Positions 60,001 through 64,000 of a stretch of DNA of 64,000 nucleotides are shown in pieces (the first letter of the stretch is position 1; each line of letters begins with the position of its first letter). Made by a program: the position numbers and the translations under genes. Location of the stretch: positions 68,480 through 132,479 of the forward strand of contig JAEWUM010000033.1 of assembly GCA_023459355.1 (NCBI GenBank), in the 5' to 3' direction. The DNA is from Bacteroidota bacterium (GTDB lineage Bacteria; Bacteroidota; Bacteroidia; Bacteroidales; Paludibacteraceae). The notes under the pieces are model-generated. The model did not search any database. It was not told where the DNA came from and worked only from the letters and a program-made list of their open reading frames with translations.

Positions 60001-60936
60001 GTCGGTAAGACATTCCGGTGACGGGTAATTTACCAATATCCGGGCTTGTATGGATGACTGATTTGTCTGCAAAATGAAATTATCGAGCTTAATTGTCTGT
60101 TCATCCATTGAAAAGTTAGCATTCAGCTTGCGAATGGCTATTTGTTGCTTTTCATCGGCAGTTAATTGCTGAATCTCGACGGATGTTTTACCTGGTGCAA
60201 AAGATAAATTGCGTGCTTTCAAATCGATATTGGCAAGACTGATATCATCAGGGTTAAACTGATTTGAAGCTGTTTTGACTTCTCCCGACCGGTAATGCAG
60301 CTTATCAACCTTCAATACGATGTTTTCAATATCCAGTGCCGTATTTTCCAATTGGATATTTGTTTTTTTCAGTTCAAATAACTGTATCTGCGTTGCAGCT
60401 TTCAGCTTATTCCATTGATCAGCATAGCGCAGGCGAATATTTTTTAACCTGAATTTTTCGGCATAAATATTCCAGACCCCGGCTGTTTTTGTCGTATCTG
60501 TTTCAACAGCAGTTGTATCACTCAAAGCATCGATTAAGAATTGATAATTAAACAGCGAATCAGTAGCCGAATTGTAAACATTCAAATATACATCCTGTAA
60601 CAAAAAATCCCGGATGTGCAGCCGTTGATGGAACAAAGCTTTGTATCCGATGTGCAGACTGGTTTTTCCGGCATAAAGCAGTGTATCCTTTTTATTATCT
60701 TCCAAATAAACATCTTTCAAAACAACGGAGTATGGAAAGGCAATACTGATATAACCAATTTCCACCCGTGTATTGGTTTTATGACTTACATACGTAGTGG
60801 CAGCATCAAGTACCTTGTTTTGGATGTATGGAAGCTGAATTAAACCGGCAAGGAGTATGATAATAAACAGTAGTCCGGCCATCGTCCACAGGATGACTTT
60901 AATCGATTTTTTTATGAAAGATAAAAATCCGGACAT
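57055..60936 (-). CDS. tamB: TamB-family translocation and assembly module protein
   Basis: N-terminal TM anchor then IQLPYIQN; C-terminal GSTIVWNGDPMDA, LNKQVFALLLLNRF, KQLFDDRLSVQVG, IEYKLTKDGRYRLKGFR. Start moved to the ATG at 60936. Confidence 0.85.
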   Translation of the reverse strand: MSGFLSFIKKSIKVILWTMAGLLFIIILLAGLIQLPYIQNKVLDAATTYVSHKTNTRVEIGYISIAFPYSVVLKDVYLEDNKKDTLLYAGKTSLHIGYKALFHQRLHIRDFLLQDVYLNVYNSATDSLFNYQFLIDALSDTTAVETDTTKTAGVWNIYAEKFRLKNIRLRYADQWNKLKAATQIQLFELKKTNIQLENTALDIENIVLKVDKLHYRSGEVKTASNQFNPDDISLANIDLKARNLSFAPGKTSVEIQQLTADEKQQIAIRKLNANFSMDEQTIKLDNFILQTNQSSIQARILVNYPSPECLTDSISKLWVDARIRQASFSKREIKYLAGTALPDKIELPDRIKLNINFKGGLQAFDASVNLKSDFGDASLLAVLENNERFEADFGISQFELGKLLKNEQQFGPISLTTQVKGKGTDPKTTAMNFQANVHQLSLNQYQYQNLSLNGTLIKQVLDVGIRMQDANLDVDLNALANLTKGKERLQLDMNLGNIDFNALKLMKDSLRVKTRMQADISGLELKDINGQLEIRDLNIIQNDKTYSLDSIIIKATKLTGQTEVKLRSDILEMDTYLAFKKDHIRLHFNPDHFLLMQKHWKFNPEHSIQLGEKGFIIHDLQMQHEEGILGITSVNERYKDDLRITMQHFSLDEISELINQENKFVGGILNGNVLLKMQEGFGIVADAGIDSLILMDVPIGNLRITAQNPVASRFDVQADISGADNNLQASGFYDTGKDKNNFRLKANIASLGMKTIEAFAAGQLRASSGYVSGQFDVSGDLDKPLMNGELSFHEAVTTPVMLNNPLSFANETIRVDNEGVYFKQFTIRDIKNQPLTLDGSIRMTDFSNFKFYLNVDANHFQVFNTTARDNDLFYGRLLTDTKIRLRGTMEAPDVSADVSLLEGSHVSFIVPRTELNTYKGEDVVAFVSGEERKDSLITTNKIESGFTGINLSSVIQVDKNATLRLFMDPASSDSLVVKGQADLNLTMDRSGKMSLTGSYNLEEGSYQLTFESIIRKKFDIVQGSTIVWNGDPMDANVNINAAYNVRTAPYNLVADQLGGLTDIQKRPYLQAYPFILLLKMRGELLQPEIGFEIQLPTENQQILGGTVQQKLNQLNEDPSALNKQVFALLLLNRFAQDNPLQTESAGTPAMLRSTVSNFLSEQLNKLSASFIPGLEMNFDLQSYEDYSGGEAEGRTELSVGVKKQLFDDRLSVQVGGTVELEGERATQNQANDIASDVVIEYKLTKDGRYRLKGFRKNQYEGLIDGQLTETGIGAVLVREFNRLKELFKKANNE

Positions 60937-61054
60937 GAGTTTATTTCCTTGTATATTAAGAGGGGAAACAAAGATGAGAAAATTATTTATAACTCGCAAG
61001 ACAGATAAGTTGTTTCAACAAATGATTTTGCTTATTTTTGGTGCTGTTTATAGT

Positions 61055-61085
61055 AACCATATAAGTCACATAAGTAAACATTAGC
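61055..61085. repeat. Solo copy of the 31-bp repeat found at 5531-5561
   Basis: AACCATATAAGTCACATAAGTAAACATTAGC versus the reverse complement of 5531-5561, AACCATATTAGTCACATAAGTACATGTTAGC: 27/31 identical by hand alignment. Confidence 0.75.
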
Positions 61086-61089
61086 AGGG

Positions 61090-62196
61090 ATGAAAAATAT
61101 TTTATTAGCAGGCGCATTTTTGTTTTTATCAGTATTTCAGATAGTTGCAGATGATAGCACATATCGTTTGTTGGTTGGAACTTACACAAACACAAAGGTC
61201 AGTGAAGGTATTTACAGTTACGCAATTGATGTGGAAAAGGGTGTTTTCAGACCAATACAAGTTGCAAAGGAGCTTGTCAACCCAAGTTTTCTGGCACTTA
61301 CAACAGATAAAAAATATGTGTATGCCATCAGTGAATCCGGTACAGAAAGTAAAGCAGGAGCATTTGCTTTTGATGTGGAAAGCGGTTCTTTCAGGTTTTT
61401 GAATAGTTCACTGACCGGGGGAAAAGGTCCGTGCCATGTTGCTGTGACCGACAAACATGTTGTAACCGCCAATTATTCCGGAGGTAATCTTTCTGTATTC
61501 CGGAGAAATACAGATGGTTCTTTGTCTGATCTGATCCGGTTGCTCCAACATACAGGAAGCAGTATTCATCCCAAACGACAAACCAAACCTTATGCGCATC
61601 AGGTTGTTTTTACACCGGATCAAAAATTTCTGCTTTCCTGTGATTTGGGAACCGACCTGATAATGGTTTACAAATATGACAGGAAGTCTGAACATCAGCC
61701 GTTGGTTGTGTTCGATAGCGTGCAGGTGAAAGCGGGAAGCGGCCCAAGACATCTGACTATAAGCAAAAACGGGAAATATGTGTATCTGCTTCAGGAAATT
61801 GATGGAACAATCAGTGCAATGACCATGAAAAAAGGTAAGCTGAAAATAATTCAGGAAACATCTGTTATAATAAAATCCGGTATTGAAACCGGTGCAGCTG
61901 ATATCCATCTTTCACCCGACGGGAAGTTTCTGTATGCATCCAACCGGGGAACCGCAAATGACATAACCTGCTTTACCGTCGAAAAAAATGGAAGATTAAG
62001 TTTTGTTCAACAGGTATCTACCGGAGGGGTTGGACCACGTAATTTTGCTGTTACGCCTGATGGCAACTACCTTTTTGTTGGGAATCAGCGAACAGATAAT
62101 ATTGTTGTTCTTAAAAGGGATATAAAAACCGGGAAACTTACTGATATTGGAAAAAGCTTCAACATAGGAGCGCCTGTTTGCCTTATATTCTATTGA
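61090..62196 (+). CDS. Lactonase family protein (6-phosphogluconolactonase / YbhE-like beta-propeller)
   Basis: LVGTYT, NPSFLA, GPCHV, ANYSGG, DLGTD, GSGPRH, AADIHLSPDGKFLYASNRG, PRNFA; has a signal peptide. Confidence 0.9.
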   Translation: MKNILLAGAFLFLSVFQIVADDSTYRLLVGTYTNTKVSEGIYSYAIDVEKGVFRPIQVAKELVNPSFLALTTDKKYVYAISESGTESKAGAFAFDVESGSFRFLNSSLTGGKGPCHVAVTDKHVVTANYSGGNLSVFRRNTDGSLSDLIRLLQHTGSSIHPKRQTKPYAHQVVFTPDQKFLLSCDLGTDLIMVYKYDRKSEHQPLVVFDSVQVKAGSGPRHLTISKNGKYVYLLQEIDGTISAMTMKKGKLKIIQETSVIIKSGIETGAADIHLSPDGKFLYASNRGTANDITCFTVEKNGRLSFVQQVSTGGVGPRNFAVTPDGNYLFVGNQRTDNIVVLKRDIKTGKLTDIGKSFNIGAPVCLIFY

Positions 62197-62329
62197 ATTT
62201 ATATATTTTGAATGTAATAATTATAGCAATAGAACCTGAGTGGATAGGTCAATTTCTATCAATAGGGTGAAATTTACGAATTGCTGAAAGTCAATCAAAG
62301 AATCAACTGGTAAGAATTAAAAAAAATTG

Positions 62330-62337
62330 TATCTTTG
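62330..62337 (+). promoter_or_regulatory. -7 promoter box for nagB
   Basis: TATCTTTG about 35 nt upstream of the nagB ATG. Confidence 0.6.
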
Positions 62338-62372
62338 TTCGTCAATAATTATACATTAAAACTAAAATCATT

Positions 62373-63167
62373 ATGAGATTAATTATTCAGCAGAATTACG
62401 ACCTGATTTCAAAATGGACGGCCGGCTACATTGCAGATAAAATTAATGCTGCAAACGCGAATTCAGAAAAACCTTTTGTGCTTGGACTGCCTACAGGTTC
62501 AACTCCGCTTGGCACTTACAAGTATCTGATTGAATTGTACAAAAAAGGTAAGGTTTCTTTTAAAAATGTAGTGACGTTCAATATGGATGAATACGTTGGA
62601 ATTCCTCAGGATCATGATCAAAGTTATTATACATTCATGTGGACTAATTTCTTTAGTCATATTGATATTCTTCCGGAACGGGTTAATATATTGAATGGTA
62701 ATGCTGCTGACTTAATGGCTGAATGTGAATCGTATGAAGCCAGGATCAAATCTTATGGCGGAATTGACTTGTTTATGGGTGGTATTGGTCCAGACGGACA
62801 CATTGCTTTCAACGAACCCGGATCTTCTTTAACTTCAAAAACAAGAATCAAGACCTTGACTCAGGATACCATCATTGCCAACTCACGTTTCTTCGACAAT
62901 GATGTGAATAAAGTGCCTAAAAATGCACTGACGGTAGGGGTGGGTACTGTTTGTGAGGCTAAAGAAGTTCTGATTATTGTCAATGGCCACGGTAAGGCTC
63001 GTGCATTACGTCACGCCGTAGAAGAGCCTGTGAATCACATGTGGACCATCAGCGCCCTGCAATTGCATCCTAAAGCTATCATTGTTTGTGATGAAGCTGC
63101 TTGTGCAGAGCTGAAAGTAGGTACATACAATTATTTCAAGGATATTGAAAAAGAGGCTATTTTGTAA
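62373..63167 (+). CDS. nagB: Glucosamine-6-phosphate deaminase
   Basis: [61 protein letters not shown]. Confidence 0.97.
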   Translation: MRLIIQQNYDLISKWTAGYIADKINAANANSEKPFVLGLPTGSTPLGTYKYLIELYKKGKVSFKNVVTFNMDEYVGIPQDHDQSYYTFMWTNFFSHIDILPERVNILNGNAADLMAECESYEARIKSYGGIDLFMGGIGPDGHIAFNEPGSSLTSKTRIKTLTQDTIIANSRFFDNDVNKVPKNALTVGVGTVCEAKEVLIIVNGHGKARALRHAVEEPVNHMWTISALQLHPKAIIVCDEAACAELKVGTYNYFKDIEKEAIL

Positions 63168-63172
63168 ACTAA

Positions 63173-63200
63173 ACCATATTCCTGACGTCAGGAATATGGT
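63173..63200 (+). terminator. Perfect 28-bp palindrome after nagB, probable terminator
   Basis: ACCATATTCCTGACGTCAGGAATATGGT followed by GTTCTTTATT, 5 nt after the stop codon. Confidence 0.65.
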
Positions 63201-63252
63201 GTTCTTTATTGCATACGATTGAAATAACTATATAAACTGAAGACTTTAAATC

Positions 63253-63615
63253 ATGAAACGAACATTTAATTATCTCATCGCGTTGGTAATTACAGCCATA
63301 GCAATGGTATCCTGTTTGCCGGAAGAGGATGTTTTTGATGAAACATTGCTGTATGGCAGGTGGAAATCGGGAACAGAATATTATCGTTTCGACGAAGGAG
63401 GTACAGGTAAGGACTGGGATACCGTGGATAGTAATGAAGAATATGAGGATGGAAATTTTACCTGGACGCTGGTTAAATCTGACCTGACCATCATCAGAAT
63501 TCAAACGATGGGCGGTGATGGAGTACCGCATGTGTATACCGTAATTGAATTAACGCCAACGACATTAAAATTGAATGATGGCTTTGATTCAAAAACTTAC
63601 TCAAAAGTAAATTAA
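63253..63615 (+). CDS. Small lipoprotein (lipocalin-like fold possible)
   Basis: Lipobox MVS-C; LLYGRW, Y.VIELTPTTL, YSKV. Confidence 0.75.
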   Translation: MKRTFNYLIALVITAIAMVSCLPEEDVFDETLLYGRWKSGTEYYRFDEGGTGKDWDTVDSNEEYEDGNFTWTLVKSDLTIIRIQTMGGDGVPHVYTVIELTPTTLKLNDGFDSKTYSKVN

Positions 63616-63649
63616 GATTGTTATTTAATTTACTCAAAAATTCCACATC

Positions 63650-64000
63650 ATGAAAAAAGCATTCAACATCTTACTGATTAGTTTGCTGTCGCTACTGGCC
63701 GTGTGCCTGATTGCTGTCGGCATTTTGTCGTGGGTAATTTTCACCCCTGAAAAACTAACCCCGATTGTGCGTAACCAATTAGATAAGATGTTGATTTGCG
63801 AACATCAGACCGGTGATGTGGAACTGACTTTTTTCAGTACTTTCCCGGAATTCGGATTGAAAATTAATGGATTCCTGCTGAAAAACTCACTACCGGGAGC
63901 TCCTTCCGACACCCTGCTCAATAGCGACAAAGTGGTAGCTACCATCGATTTGAGAGCTTTGTGGAAAAACAGGGAGCTGATTGTGAATGAATTATTTATT
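63650..64000 (+). CDS. AsmA-family protein, N-terminal part; runs off the window
   Basis: MKKAFNILLISLLSLLAVCLIAVGILSWVIFTPEKLTPIVRNQL..VELTFFSTFPEFGLKI..DTLL; frame open to the window end. Confidence 0.75.
   Translation, partial: MKKAFNILLISLLSLLAVCLIAVGILSWVIFTPEKLTPIVRNQLDKMLICEHQTGDVELTFFSTFPEFGLKINGFLLKNSLPGAPSDTLLNSDKVVATIDLRALWKNRELIVNELFI

Overview
Bacteroidales-type genomic window (SusC/SusD pairs, a hybrid two-component system, TAnnTTTG promoter boxes, type IX secretion C-terminal domains, Ser-type sulfatases). About 51 kb (3.6-54.6 kb, all on the + strand) is one large glycosaminoglycan utilisation super-locus with two modules. The chondroitin/dermatan/hyaluronan-type module has two T9SS beta-helix proteins, SusC/SusD, a DUF5017-like lipoprotein, three chondroitinase-ABC-like PL8 lyases and a GH88. 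The heparin/heparan sulfate module has SusC/SusD, a ROK kinase, heparinase II, heparinase III, a GH88, three sulfatases, a PHP-like metallohydrolase, an HTCS, a fourth PL8, a GH16 and two paralogous unknown proteins. Seven proteins carry apparent T9SS C-terminal domains. A conserved candidate HTCS operator lies exactly 34 nt upstream of three -7 promoter boxes. Left flank: a partial lipoprotein gene, tRNA-Pro(GGG) and a fucosidase-like remnant. Right flank: tamA/tamB-like genes, a lactonase, nagB, a small lipoprotein and a partial AsmA-like gene. Intergenic DNA holds three small repeat families. All family calls come from motifs recognised by eye, not from database searches.
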